Shown here: in pieces, positions 44,275-53,494 of the stretch
Layout of the letters: each line of letters starts with the position of its first letter
Position numbering within the stretch: the first letter of the stretch is position 1
From: Planctomycetota bacterium
GTDB taxonomy: Bacteria; Planctomycetota; DG-23; JAZDKG01
Length of the DNA stretch: 64,000 bases
Direction of reading: 5' to 3'
Assembly: GCA_043803205.1 (NCBI GenBank)
Contig: JAZDKG010000044.1
Location: 2,503 to 66,502 of the forward strand
Translations under genes and position numbers: made by a program
Notes under the pieces: generated by a model
What the model was told of the DNA's origin: nothing
What the model saw: only the letters and a program-made list of their open reading frames with translations
Databases searched by the model: none

Positions 44275-45264
44275 ATGGCGAAACGAAAAGCGCTTGCCCG
44301 ACCGGGCCGATCGACCCCGCAGCTGCGGGGCTGGTGGCGACGCGTGGTCGTCACCGGAGGGGCCGGTTTCATCGGGAGCAACCTAGCCCTCGAGATCGAG
44401 CGCAGATACCCGAACGCGGAGGTCGTCGTGGTCGATGACTTCCGCAGCGGGAGCTTCGGCAACCTGCGGACCTTCCGGGGGGACGTGGTGGCGGCGGATG
44501 TGTCCCGGACCGACCTCGAGCACGTCTTTGGCGGCCGCGCACCCTCGAGCGTGTTCCATCTCGCCTCGATCACGGACACGACGGTTTCGGACGCGAGTCT
44601 CATGGTGCACGACAACGTGGAGGGGTTCCGCCGGGTGCTGCGCTGCGCGCTGGCGCTGCGTCTTCCCTTGGTTTACGCTTCGAGCGCGGCGACGTACGGG
44701 GTCGCCGGCCGGCGGATGTCCGAAGAGACCCCCGCGCGGCCGGCGAACGTCTACGCGTTCAGCAAGATGATCATGGACAACATCGCCCGGCGCGCGATCG
44801 CGGGCTCGCCGGGAGCGCGGATCACGGGCTTGCGGTACTTCAACGTTTACGGGCCCGGCGAATGGCACAAGAAGGACGCGGCGAGCATGATCTACAAGCT
44901 CGCCCGGCAGATCCTCGCGGGCGAACGTCCCTGGGTGTGCGCCCACGGGGAGCACAAACGCGATTTCGTCTACGTGAAGGACGTCGTCGAGGCGACAATC
45001 CTCGCGGCGGAGAGCCGACGGAGCGGGGTTTACAACGTGGGAAGCGGGCGGGCGCGGTCCTTCAACGAGGTGATCCAGATCCTCAACCGGGAACTGGGAG
45101 GACGGCGGGAGACGGAGTACGTCGAGAACCCCTACGCCTTCTATCAGCCGTTCACGGAGGCGGACCTCTCCGCGTGCGCCGCCGCGCTCGGGTACGCGCC
45201 CCGGTGGGGACTCGAGGAGGGAATCCGGGACTACCTGTCGGAGATCCGCGCGGCCGCGGGCTGA
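44275..45264 (+). CDS. NAD-dependent sugar epimerase, ADP-L-glycero-D-manno-heptose 6-epimerase (HldD/RfaD)-like
   Basis: VVVTGGAGFIGSN, YASSAATYG, YAFSK (YxxxK), LRYFNVYGP, KRDFVYV and FTEADL. These match the E. coli HldD motif order from memory. Confidence 0.8.
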   Translation: MAKRKALARPGRSTPQLRGWWRRVVVTGGAGFIGSNLALEIERRYPNAEVVVVDDFRSGSFGNLRTFRGDVVAADVSRTDLEHVFGGRAPSSVFHLASITDTTVSDASLMVHDNVEGFRRVLRCALALRLPLVYASSAATYGVAGRRMSEETPARPANVYAFSKMIMDNIARRAIAGSPGARITGLRYFNVYGPGEWHKKDAASMIYKLARQILAGERPWVCAHGEHKRDFVYVKDVVEATILAAESRRSGVYNVGSGRARSFNEVIQILNRELGGRRETEYVENPYAFYQPFTEADLSACAAALGYAPRWGLEEGIRDYLSEIRAAAG

Positions 45265-45273
45265 CCGTTCCCC

Positions 45274-46704
45274 TCACGCCCCCGCGGAGCGCAGGATGAC
45301 GTCGATCTCGCGGCGCGCCGACGGCTCGATCGGCGGTATCTCATGGGTGCGCAGAATCTCTCCGACGCGAGCGTGGGCGCGCTCGAGGAGCGGAGCGGCC
45401 TTCCGGTTCCACGTCTCGTAAGGCTCGTCGGAGAATAGGTCCGCGAACCAGACGTCGCCGGTGCGCAGGTGCTCCAGGGTGTGTGGGCTCGCCATGAAGG
45501 TCCCCTCCCGGATCCCGTCGGCGAGAAACTCCCGCGCCAGCGCGTCGGCAGTGACCGGCACGCCCCGGACCGCGTTCCCAAGGAGCGAGATCAGCTCGTT
45601 GTCGATGACGAGCTGCTCGGGGGATGAGGAGAGCGCATTGTCCAGCGCGCCGGCGCCCGACACCATGTTCGTGCCCGCTAGGACCGCGAAGAGGGCGCCC
45701 ATCATGCGCTCGGCGCCGGCCTGGAGGTCGGGTGCATGGCTTGCCGTTGAGAAGCCCCATCCGTTGGCCGGGATTCGAAAAGAGGCGGCGACCCGTGTGA
45801 GCGCTGCGGTCCCCAGCCCGGGCGCCGGGCCTGAGAAAACGGTGATCCCCCGGCGCATGTCGACCGGGAAGAGACGGCTGCACGCGACCACGGGCAGGCC
45901 CGGCCGAACGGTATAGGCGAGGGTCATGAGCGCCAAGTCCTCAGCCCATTCCTGGGCGACCGCGCCGGCAAGCGTGACGGGCGCAGTGGCGGCCAGCGTC
46001 GGACAGGAGAGAGGCGCCAGCGGCAGGTTCGCGCGGGCGCACTCCATGACGGCCAGCGCCTCCGGCTCGCTCAGGCGCATGGGACTGGTCGGAGAGACAT
46101 AGACGAGGGCTATGGGCTCACGGTCCAGCGCCTCGCGGGACCCTCGCACGACCTCGGCGATGCGCGCGACCCCACGAACCTCCTCGGGGGAACTCGCGGT
46201 GATATCGGACGGCTTGGTCGAGTGCTCGATGGCGTTGACGAAACGCCGTAGATTGGGTACCCCGACGCCGAGCTCGGCGGGGCTCACGGCGGAGTTCACC
46301 ACGTGGATGCCGTCGCAGGCGTCGGCCACCCGGACCATCACGCGGGCGTCCTCGAGCGTCGCCGGACGGCGACGAAGGGAGGGATACTCGATGAGGAAGG
46401 GCAGCCCCCCGGCCGGGCGGAAGTGGACGACGCCGGGGACCGCGCGGACGCGATGGGCGCCGTCTCGGCCGACGAGTTCAAACCCCTGTTGCGGAGCTTG
46501 CTTGAGGGTCTTCTCGATCAGGTCGTGAGGGTAGAGGATTCGCCCTTCCTTCTCGCGGGCGCCAGCGTCAAGGAGCGCGCGGCGCGGAGCTTCCCCCGCG
46601 ATCTCCATGCCGATCGTTTCAAGGATCTCGAGCGCCGTGTCGTGCACTTCGCGGACGGCCCGGTCATCGAGGACGGAGAAATCAAACATGGGGCGCCCTT
46701 TCAT
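45274..46704 (-). CDS. MttB-superfamily methyltransferase, non-pyrrolysine type
   Basis: N-terminus LDDRAVREVHDTALEILETIGMEI...APRRALLDAGA is typical of the MttB family. About 475 aa with a continuous ORF (no in-frame TAG). Start at ATG 46704 or 46689. Confidence 0.75.
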   Translation of the reverse strand: MKGRPMFDFSVLDDRAVREVHDTALEILETIGMEIAGEAPRRALLDAGAREKEGRILYPHDLIEKTLKQAPQQGFELVGRDGAHRVRAVPGVVHFRPAGGLPFLIEYPSLRRRPATLEDARVMVRVADACDGIHVVNSAVSPAELGVGVPNLRRFVNAIEHSTKPSDITASSPEEVRGVARIAEVVRGSREALDREPIALVYVSPTSPMRLSEPEALAVMECARANLPLAPLSCPTLAATAPVTLAGAVAQEWAEDLALMTLAYTVRPGLPVVACSRLFPVDMRRGITVFSGPAPGLGTAALTRVAASFRIPANGWGFSTASHAPDLQAGAERMMGALFAVLAGTNMVSGAGALDNALSSSPEQLVIDNELISLLGNAVRGVPVTADALAREFLADGIREGTFMASPHTLEHLRTGDVWFADLFSDEPYETWNRKAAPLLERAHARVGEILRTHEIPPIEPSARREIDVILRSAGA

Positions 46705-46803
46705 CGCAGTGCGCTCTGTGTTCCGGGACAAGGTCGGCGTTGCGGGCCCGAATGCTAACCGAGGGGGCGGGGGAAACTCCAGCGGAATTCCATGCACCTG
46801 GGG

Positions 46804-48105
46804 CTATCGGCGGCGGCGCGGATTGTCGAAGAGCTCCCGTTGCCACCGGCGGATCTCGCGGGCGAGGGGCGCCGAGATGCGCTTGGGGAACGGCCAGCTT
46901 CCGCGCCTTGCAAGGTCTGCGACGATCTCGCAGCCGGCGCCGGCCGCGCGGGAGATCTCGACGGCAGAACAGGCGTCGAGGTCGTTGTGCCGGGAGTGAT
47001 GGTACCAGGAAAGATCCCCGTGGGTCACCCGCGTGAGCCAGAGGCCCGGGATGCCCTTCGCCGCGAAGGGGAAGGCGTCCTGGTAAGGCGACGTCCCCGA
47101 GATCGTCTTTGCGAAGCGAAGCTTCTGTTCAACGATAGTGCGAACGTACCGGTGAAGAGCGGGTGTGCCGGTGACGAGCACCTCCGAGCGACCGATCCAG
47201 GGGGCTACGGCGTCGAAGTTCACGACGAGGGCGAAAGCGTCCAGGTCCGGGACCTGCTCCGCGACGTACCGGGAGGACCCGACGGAAAGCTGCTCCTCCG
47301 CGCCGAAGCATAGGAAGCGAATCGTGTGGAGACGCTTGCTGGAGCGCAGTCGGCGCGCCGCTTCGAGCACGGCGACGCAGCCGCTCGCGTCGTCGTCCGC
47401 GCCGGCGCCGACCGCGACGGAATCAAGGTGGGCCGAGAGAGCGATGATCTTCGCTCGACGCAGCGAGCCGGGGAGGTCGGCGCAGACGTTCCAGGAAAGG
47501 CCGTCCACGACGGTGCCGGTGGAGATGAGCCGCGCGCGGCGGACGCCACGACGGGCGATCGCCCACGCGTCGACGCTGCTGATGCAGGCCATGGGCTTGC
47601 GAACAAGGCGCATGAACTTCTCGCCCATTCCGTTGGCGATGGGCCACCGCGTCTGGAGACGCGTGTCCACGAAGAGGAGGGCACGAAGGGGCGAGTTCTG
47701 GAGGCGGATGAAGAGATCGGCGGATTCGCCGTAGAAGCCGTAGAAGAGCCCGATCTTGCCTCGCAGGCCCGAACAACGCAGGCCCTCCTCGTAGTCGATC
47801 GGCTCGATGGTGACGAGGTCCCCTTCGATGCCCGCCGCCGGCGTGGAAGCCGAGTGGGTGATGGGGATTGCGGCGATGCGATGGCGGGGGGGCGGGTCGA
47901 GTACGACCAGTTCACCGGCGCCCGGGATCCAGCGCTTGCAGCGGAAAGGCAGGATCGCGACGTTCTCGAGACCAAGTTCCCGAAAGCGCCCGGCGATGTA
48001 GCGAGCGGCCTTCTCTTCCCCCGCTGAGCCCGCAAGCCGGTTCCCGATGGTCCGGCAGAGGTATCTCATGTCACTTGCGATGGCGTCCACGGGAGGCCGG
48101 CGCAT
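46804..48105 (-). CDS. M28-family metallopeptidase (aminopeptidase) with PA-like insert
   Basis: Zinc ligand motifs SAHLDSV, GADDDASG and FGAEEQ, with a late HH. AAGGAG RBS. Confidence 0.8.
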   Translation of the reverse strand: MRRPPVDAIASDMRYLCRTIGNRLAGSAGEEKAARYIAGRFRELGLENVAILPFRCKRWIPGAGELVVLDPPPRHRIAAIPITHSASTPAAGIEGDLVTIEPIDYEEGLRCSGLRGKIGLFYGFYGESADLFIRLQNSPLRALLFVDTRLQTRWPIANGMGEKFMRLVRKPMACISSVDAWAIARRGVRRARLISTGTVVDGLSWNVCADLPGSLRRAKIIALSAHLDSVAVGAGADDDASGCVAVLEAARRLRSSKRLHTIRFLCFGAEEQLSVGSSRYVAEQVPDLDAFALVVNFDAVAPWIGRSEVLVTGTPALHRYVRTIVEQKLRFAKTISGTSPYQDAFPFAAKGIPGLWLTRVTHGDLSWYHHSRHNDLDACSAVEISRAAGAGCEIVADLARRGSWPFPKRISAPLAREIRRWQRELFDNPRRRR

Positions 48106-48192
48106 GCCCGTCTCCTTAACGAAGCGCCCTCTCGGACGGGGAGCCCGCGGGAAGGAACAGAACAGGGCCGCGGGGCGCAGCGGGGCTCCGCG

Positions 48193-48777
48193 TCACTCCG
48201 ACTTCTCTCGGTACTTGACGGAGCACCCCCACTGGGAAGTGCTGTTCTCCGGTATTTCTTTTCCGGCGAGGATCGCGTTGAGGGCGTCGGCAAGGTAGTT
48301 GGGCTCCTTGTGGCGGTTGTCCACGGCGCCCTCGTACAGGATCTTGTGCGTCGGGCTTACGACGAAGACGTGGGGCGTCGTGCTCGCGCCGTACGCTCGC
48401 GCAACCTCCTGCGTCTGGTCGTAAAGATAGGGGAAGGGGAAGCCCTTCTCCTTCGCGCGCTCGATCATCTGGGGAAAACCGTCGGCGCTGATGATGTCGG
48501 CCGGATTCGGGTTGACCGCCAGGAACACGATCCCCTTCGGCTGGAATTCCTTGGCGATCGCGATGAGGGTGTCCTCGTAACCCTTGGCGACGGGACAGTG
48601 GTTGCACGTGAAGACGACCGCGATCGCCTTCGCTTCGGGGTATCGCGCTAGGGAATGGTAAGTGTAGTCGACGCCGAAGAGCTTGAAGTCCGGGGCGTCG
48701 TCGCCGGGCTTGAGCTCCGCGAAAGCCGCCGGAACGAACAAGAGGAGCAAGACCGGCACAAGAGCGAAGCGTTTCAT
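48193..48777 (-). CDS. Secreted thioredoxin-fold protein (TlpA/AhpC-TSA-like)
   Basis: Signal peptide MKRFALVPVLLLLFVPAAFA, CxxC motif (CNHCP) and an AAGGAGG RBS. Track ORF 48193..49203 is over-extended. Confidence 0.85.
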   Translation of the reverse strand: MKRFALVPVLLLLFVPAAFAELKPGDDAPDFKLFGVDYTYHSLARYPEAKAIAVVFTCNHCPVAKGYEDTLIAIAKEFQPKGIVFLAVNPNPADIISADGFPQMIERAKEKGFPFPYLYDQTQEVARAYGASTTPHVFVVSPTHKILYEGAVDNRHKEPNYLADALNAILAGKEIPENSTSQWGCSVKYREKSE

Positions 48778-48904
48778 GAGGGACCTCCTTGGCTTGATGA
48801 ACGGAAAGAGCGATAGCCTCTCCCCGACACATTCTACCGGGAGGGGGCGGGCCGGGAAAGGGAGGCCAAGAGGGCGAATCCCTTCCGGCTTCCGGAAAAA
48901 CCGG

Positions 48905-48932
48905 TTGTGGGAGCGCCCTGTCTGCGTATCCT
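48905..48932 (+). promoter_or_regulatory. Promoter candidate (TTGTGG-N16-TATCCT) for the BNR-protein gene
   Basis: Hexamers at 48905-48910 and 48927-48932. Confidence 0.25.
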
Positions 48933-48985
48933 CCTGACGCGGCCCCGGGAAGACCGAACGCCGGATCAAGGTAAGGAGAAGCGTC

Positions 48986-50986
48986 ATGCGTCGTGTCTCA
49001 AGAAGTCCGTTGTATCTAGCCCTGTGTCTAGCATGGTTTACGCCCCTCGCGCTTGCGCAGGAGCCGGCGCCTGTGGAAATGCTCGAGTTCCGCGCGCCTG
49101 CGAGCCCGGGAGCGGTCGGAGCCCGTGTGTTGGATGTGGGCATAGAGATGGCCGCCCCGATCGGCTGGGCGACCTTCGTCGCGGGAAACGACGGACGGAT
49201 CATGATGATCGGGGATGGGAAGATCCTCTACAGTTCGGATAAAGGACAAACTTGGTCGGAGCCGGAGAAGACGTCGGTTGGTGTCGGGTATGTGATCCGG
49301 CTCAACTCGGGGCTTCTGGGGGGAATCTCGGGCGGACATTTCCATGTGAGCGCGGACGACGGGAAGACTTGGGAGCAGAGGGGGAGCTACAGCGTGGGGG
49401 GCGCGGCGGGCGGCCCGTACGTGAACGTGCTCATGCAGACGAAGAGCGGGCGCATCATCCTCCCCGTGCGGTGGTGCGGTGGCGCCGGGCACAACGGGCT
49501 CTACGACGCGTCGATGTCGTGGGGGACGCTCAACGGGAAGCTCACGCCCGTCGAGGGGCACGCGCACTATCCCGAGCCCGACAACGGGCATGTGTTCTAT
49601 TCGGACAACGAGGGGGGGACGTGGAACCGGAGCGAGGGCGGCATCCTGATCTGGCACAAGGAGGGGTACGGCGGGATGTGGCCGTGCGATGAGCCGAGCC
49701 TGATCGAGGGACGCAACGGGGACGTGTATCTTTTCATGCGGACGACTTTGGGACGGCTTTACGCCGCGCGCAGCGGCGCCTCGGACTACGTGAACCACGC
49801 CGGAGAACGGCACACGAATGCGCCCGGCGAGCGCTTCGACCACCCGCAGCCGACCGAGCTCGCATGCTCATACTCGCCGCCGACAATGGCGCGCATTCCG
49901 GAGACGGGGGATTGGCTTGTGATCTTTAACCAGGTCTCGGGCGACGAGATGCGGGGGAGCTATCGCAGGGGGAGGCTGTCCTCGGCGATCAGCGACGACG
50001 ACGGCAAGACTTGGAAGCACTTCCGCACTATCGACGCCGTAGTGCTCCCCCCGACGGGGAAGGTCGAGCCCGACCCGGAGCCCCAGATGACGCGCGGGCT
50101 GGACTACGTGGGGGTGCTGCCCGACGACTACGGGAGCGTATCCTACGCAACGGTGAGTGTGGTCGGTGACACGGCATTTGTGATCTGGGATCGGACGGTG
50201 GTGCGCCGGCGGCCGGGGGACGTAGCGGGCAGACGCCTCCGGGTGCTCCCGCTCTCCTGGTTCTACGGGGAGGAGCCGGAGCTCACGGGGCCAGCCCCCA
50301 AGCTGTATCTCAAGGTGTCGGCCCATGACGCGAAGGAGACGGTGAACACGTTCGAGATCCCGGCGCAGTATTACGACGGGAGGTTCTACGTGCATCTCGC
50401 GGACCTCGCGAAGTACCTCAAGAGCCCGATCGGCCGGCTGGGGTACAACATGTTCGCGCCCCTGCACCAGGTCATCACCTGCCTGGGCTGGAACCCCCTT
50501 TATGACACCGGCCACCTCGACGACGCGGAGAACCCGTCCATGACGGTGACCTGCACGCACCCCCACACGGAGGCGCGGGTCCCCCGTAGGCTTGCGAGCG
50601 CCGAAGTGGAGCCCGGGTCCGTTATCATCATGCCCTCGGAGGGCATCCCCGTGGAGCTCTATCAGGTTCCGGTGGGGACCAAGAAGGGCCTCACGGTACT
50701 GTGTCCTTTCGAGCCCGGCGAGATCAAGAAGGCGGCGCTCGAAATGATGGTCGACGACATCGACGAGCCGAAGGAAGCGACGATCCTGCTGAACGGGAAG
50801 ACCGCGATCGCCGTGGACGAGAGCGTGCTTGGCGAAGGCGCCGACCACTATGGCCGGCTCACGGTGCCGTCCGAGGGCCTCGTGAAGGGGAAGAACACCT
50901 TCGAGTTCACGTTCGCGGACAACCTGGCCGGGAGCACGCAGGGGTACATCATCATGCAGGCGTCGCTCGTGCTGGAGGTGAAGTAG
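48986..50986 (+). CDS. Secreted BNR/Asp-box beta-propeller protein (sialidase/GH33-like) with C-terminal extension
   Basis: Signal peptide and four Asp-boxes SxDxGxTW (SSDKGQTWS, SADDGKTWE, SDNEGGTWN, SDDDGKTWK). Confidence 0.75.
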   Translation: MRRVSRSPLYLALCLAWFTPLALAQEPAPVEMLEFRAPASPGAVGARVLDVGIEMAAPIGWATFVAGNDGRIMMIGDGKILYSSDKGQTWSEPEKTSVGVGYVIRLNSGLLGGISGGHFHVSADDGKTWEQRGSYSVGGAAGGPYVNVLMQTKSGRIILPVRWCGGAGHNGLYDASMSWGTLNGKLTPVEGHAHYPEPDNGHVFYSDNEGGTWNRSEGGILIWHKEGYGGMWPCDEPSLIEGRNGDVYLFMRTTLGRLYAARSGASDYVNHAGERHTNAPGERFDHPQPTELACSYSPPTMARIPETGDWLVIFNQVSGDEMRGSYRRGRLSSAISDDDGKTWKHFRTIDAVVLPPTGKVEPDPEPQMTRGLDYVGVLPDDYGSVSYATVSVVGDTAFVIWDRTVVRRRPGDVAGRRLRVLPLSWFYGEEPELTGPAPKLYLKVSAHDAKETVNTFEIPAQYYDGRFYVHLADLAKYLKSPIGRLGYNMFAPLHQVITCLGWNPLYDTGHLDDAENPSMTVTCTHPHTEARVPRRLASAEVEPGSVIIMPSEGIPVELYQVPVGTKKGLTVLCPFEPGEIKKAALEMMVDDIDEPKEATILLNGKTAIAVDESVLGEGADHYGRLTVPSEGLVKGKNTFEFTFADNLAGSTQGYIIMQASLVLEVK

Positions 50987-51025
50987 GAAGGGGGCCGGAA
51001 ACGGCCTGTCTTGCTGTGCCCGCAG

Positions 51026-52330
51026 TCAAGCGCCCTTCGGGGGGCTCGTCTTGTCGCCCTTCGAGCGCTGGAAGAAGACCCTGCCCGATACGCGGTAGAC
51101 CCCGGCCTTCCAGGGGCCCTTGAGGGGCTCGAGGCGCGCAACCTCACGGCATTTCAGGGGTCGGGCACCGAACCGCCTCTCAAAGTCGCACGCTAAGCGC
51201 ACGGCCTCCTCGCGGGAGGCCGCGCACACCCATACGTTCCGGTAGTAGCGCTGGGGCGGGGTGGCGGTGGAGGGCGTCTCGGGCTCGGTTTCCCGGAAAC
51301 ATTCGAGAAGTACTTGGTAGGTCGCGCCGTTCTGGAAGGGCGCGCCGAAGGCCTCGCGGTACTCCTCCAGGAGGTCTTGGGAAAGGTCCTCCGTGCGGTC
51401 GGCCTGGTCACACAGGAGATCGGCCTCGCTCTGAAGGCCGTTCGTGCGGAAGAGGTGCATCGCTTGGACGTAGGCGAAGGAGCGCCACTCGTCGTCATCG
51501 CTCTCGCGCGCGTCGCGGACCGCTTTCCAGATGATCGATGCGACGTCGGAGGATTTCTCGGCCGAGGCGATCTGGGCGCGCAGCAAGCTCCCGCCCGGGC
51601 AGTGGGGGGAGGCGCTCTCGATCTCCTTGAACTGCTCGCGCGCGGCAGCCACATCCCCCATGCGCAGTGCCGTGACCCCCCAGTTGTAACGTGCGAACGC
51701 GGGATCGCAGTTCCCGCCGGCCAGCGCCTTCTCGAACTCCGTGATCGCTTCGTCGTAACGATCCGCGTCGCTGTAGAGCGTGCCCAGGTTGACGCGCTCG
51801 TAATCGTCGTCGGGCGCCAGGTCTAGGTAGTGGAGGAGAGCCTCTTCGGCCTTTTCGACGCGGCCGAGGAGACGGTAGCATTCGGCGATCTGCGCGAAGG
51901 CCCGTACCCACTCGGAACTCGCCTCGTACGCCTTGCGGAACCGCTTGACGGCCTTCTCGTAGTATCCGAGCCGCTGAAGGCACAAGCCCCAGTTGTAGTT
52001 GACCCAGGGACTGGCGCGGTCCAGACGCGCCGCCCGGTGGTAGAAAAGGAGCGCTTCCTCGAGCCGGTCGGTCTCGCTCAGAACGTTCGCGTAGCCCACG
52101 AGGAGGCGCGCATGCTGTCCGACTCGTCGGGAGGCGTCCGAGAGGAGCGAGAGCGCCTCCTCATAGCGGGCGAGCATGGTGAGGGCCTCGGCCCGCAGGA
52201 GGCTGTAGTCGATGAACGTGTCGCCGTCGAGGGCGGCGGGCTTGAGCGTATCCAGGAGCTCGAGCGCTTCCTCGGGCTGACCGTCCTCAAGGAGATCGCG
52301 GGCTTCTTCGATGGTTTCTTTCTCGGTCAT
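51026..52330 (-). CDS. TPR-repeat protein with unknown C-terminal domain
   Basis: Multiple 34-aa TPR units (…YEEALSLLSDA…, LEEALLFYHRAARLD, YYEKAVKRFRKAYE, YDEAITEFEKALAG…). Its ATG overlaps the pdxA stop (ATGA). Confidence 0.75.
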   Translation of the reverse strand: MTEKETIEEARDLLEDGQPEEALELLDTLKPAALDGDTFIDYSLLRAEALTMLARYEEALSLLSDASRRVGQHARLLVGYANVLSETDRLEEALLFYHRAARLDRASPWVNYNWGLCLQRLGYYEKAVKRFRKAYEASSEWVRAFAQIAECYRLLGRVEKAEEALLHYLDLAPDDDYERVNLGTLYSDADRYDEAITEFEKALAGGNCDPAFARYNWGVTALRMGDVAAAREQFKEIESASPHCPGGSLLRAQIASAEKSSDVASIIWKAVRDARESDDDEWRSFAYVQAMHLFRTNGLQSEADLLCDQADRTEDLSQDLLEEYREAFGAPFQNGATYQVLLECFRETEPETPSTATPPQRYYRNVWVCAASREEAVRLACDFERRFGARPLKCREVARLEPLKGPWKAGVYRVSGRVFFQRSKGDKTSPPKGA

Positions 52331-53355
52331 GGCTGTGACTTCTCCGGCAAAGCGAGGAGCCGAGCGGATAGCTCCAGTGCCGCACGCAGGCTCGTAGTAG
52401 AGGCCCGCCCCGTCCAGGCGATGTCGAAGGCGGTACCGTGATCCGGTGACGTACGGACCACCGGGAGACCCAGTGTCACGTTCACGCCGTGATCGAAGGC
52501 GAGCATCTTGAAAGGGATGTGTCCCTGGTCATGGTACATCGCGATCGCTGCGTCATACCTCGGCCGCATGCTTTCCATGAACATTGTATCCGGAGGGAAA
52601 GGCCCTTCAATATCGATCCCCGCGCGACGGGCGCTCTCGACCGCGGGGCCGATGATCTTGACCTCCTCGGTCCCCATGAACCCGCCCTCGCCCGCGTGGG
52701 GGTTGAGGCCGCACACGGCCAACCGCCGCCGGGGGGCCTCCAGGCGGCTGAGGAACGAGTCGGTGAGGCGCGCCACTTCGAGGATGCGGTCTGCGGTGAT
52801 CCGCGGGAGCACCTCGCGTAGCGGCACATGTGTGGTCACGAAGGCGACCGCAAGCTCGGGGCTGTGCTGGAGCATGGCGAACGAGGAAACCGCCAAGCGC
52901 CGGGCGAGGTATTCGGTGTGGCCCGAGAAGTCGACCCCGGCGAGGTTGACGGCCTCCTTGCTCATCGGAGCGGTAACGAGGCCCTGGACGGCGCCGGCGC
53001 ACACAAGATCACACGCGCACGAGAGATACGCGAGCGCCGCCTTCCCGCACAGGGGGTCGGGCCCGCCCCGGGGGATCCGGCGCGCCTCGATCTCCGGCTC
53101 CTCCACGTGCAGGAACATGAGCTGCGCCGGACATCCTGCGACATCTTCACCGGCGACGCGGGGCAGGTCCTGGGGGTAGTGGCGGAGTTGCTCCGCCCGT
53201 CGGAAGACGGGCTCGGACCCGACGACAAGCAGACGGGCCCTGGGGAAAGGCACCGGGTCCGCCAAGACAGCAGCCACGATCTCGGGACCGATGCCGGCGG
53301 GATCGCCCATGGTCAGCGCTATCACGGGAGGAAGGTTTTGCGGGGCGCCAGGCAT
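52327..53355 (-). CDS. pdxA: 4-hydroxythreonine-4-phosphate dehydrogenase PdxA
   Basis: Start MPGAPQNLPPVIALTMGDPAGIGPEI behind GAGGGAG. Motifs GHTEY, GLNPHAGEGG, AMYHDQG and TSPDHGTAFDIA. The track start at 53604 is too long. Confidence 0.85.
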   Translation of the reverse strand: MPGAPQNLPPVIALTMGDPAGIGPEIVAAVLADPVPFPRARLLVVGSEPVFRRAEQLRHYPQDLPRVAGEDVAGCPAQLMFLHVEEPEIEARRIPRGGPDPLCGKAALAYLSCACDLVCAGAVQGLVTAPMSKEAVNLAGVDFSGHTEYLARRLAVSSFAMLQHSPELAVAFVTTHVPLREVLPRITADRILEVARLTDSFLSRLEAPRRRLAVCGLNPHAGEGGFMGTEEVKIIGPAVESARRAGIDIEGPFPPDTMFMESMRPRYDAAIAMYHDQGHIPFKMLAFDHGVNVTLGLPVVRTSPDHGTAFDIAWTGRASTTSLRAALELSARLLALPEKSQP

Positions 53356-53421
53356 GCGGACTCCCTCAATCAGTGCCCAAGGCCTCAATTTACCTGGAAC
53401 GGCCTGTCGCGTCCAGAGCGC

Positions 53422-53450
53422 TTGCATCGGGAGGAAGAAAAGGGGATAAT
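53422..53450 (+). promoter_or_regulatory. Promoter candidate (TTGCAT-N17-GATAAT) for the FHA/GYF protein gene
   Basis: Hexamers at 53422-53427 and 53445-53450. Confidence 0.35.
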
Positions 53451-53494
53451 AGCGAAGCTGGCGAGGGGGGTGCTTGGACGCCGGAGAAGCCTTC

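Noticed and set aside
45274-46797. Possible pyrrolysine (in-frame TAG) in the MttB homologue
   Set aside because: The reading frame is continuous from the start to the TGA stop. There is no internal amber codon, so it is a non-Pyl family member.
50993-51006. Short hairpin GGCCG-GAAA-CGGCC between the convergent BNR and TPR genes as a terminator
   Set aside because: The stem is only 5 bp and there is only a weak T-run (TGTCTTGCT). That is too weak to call.
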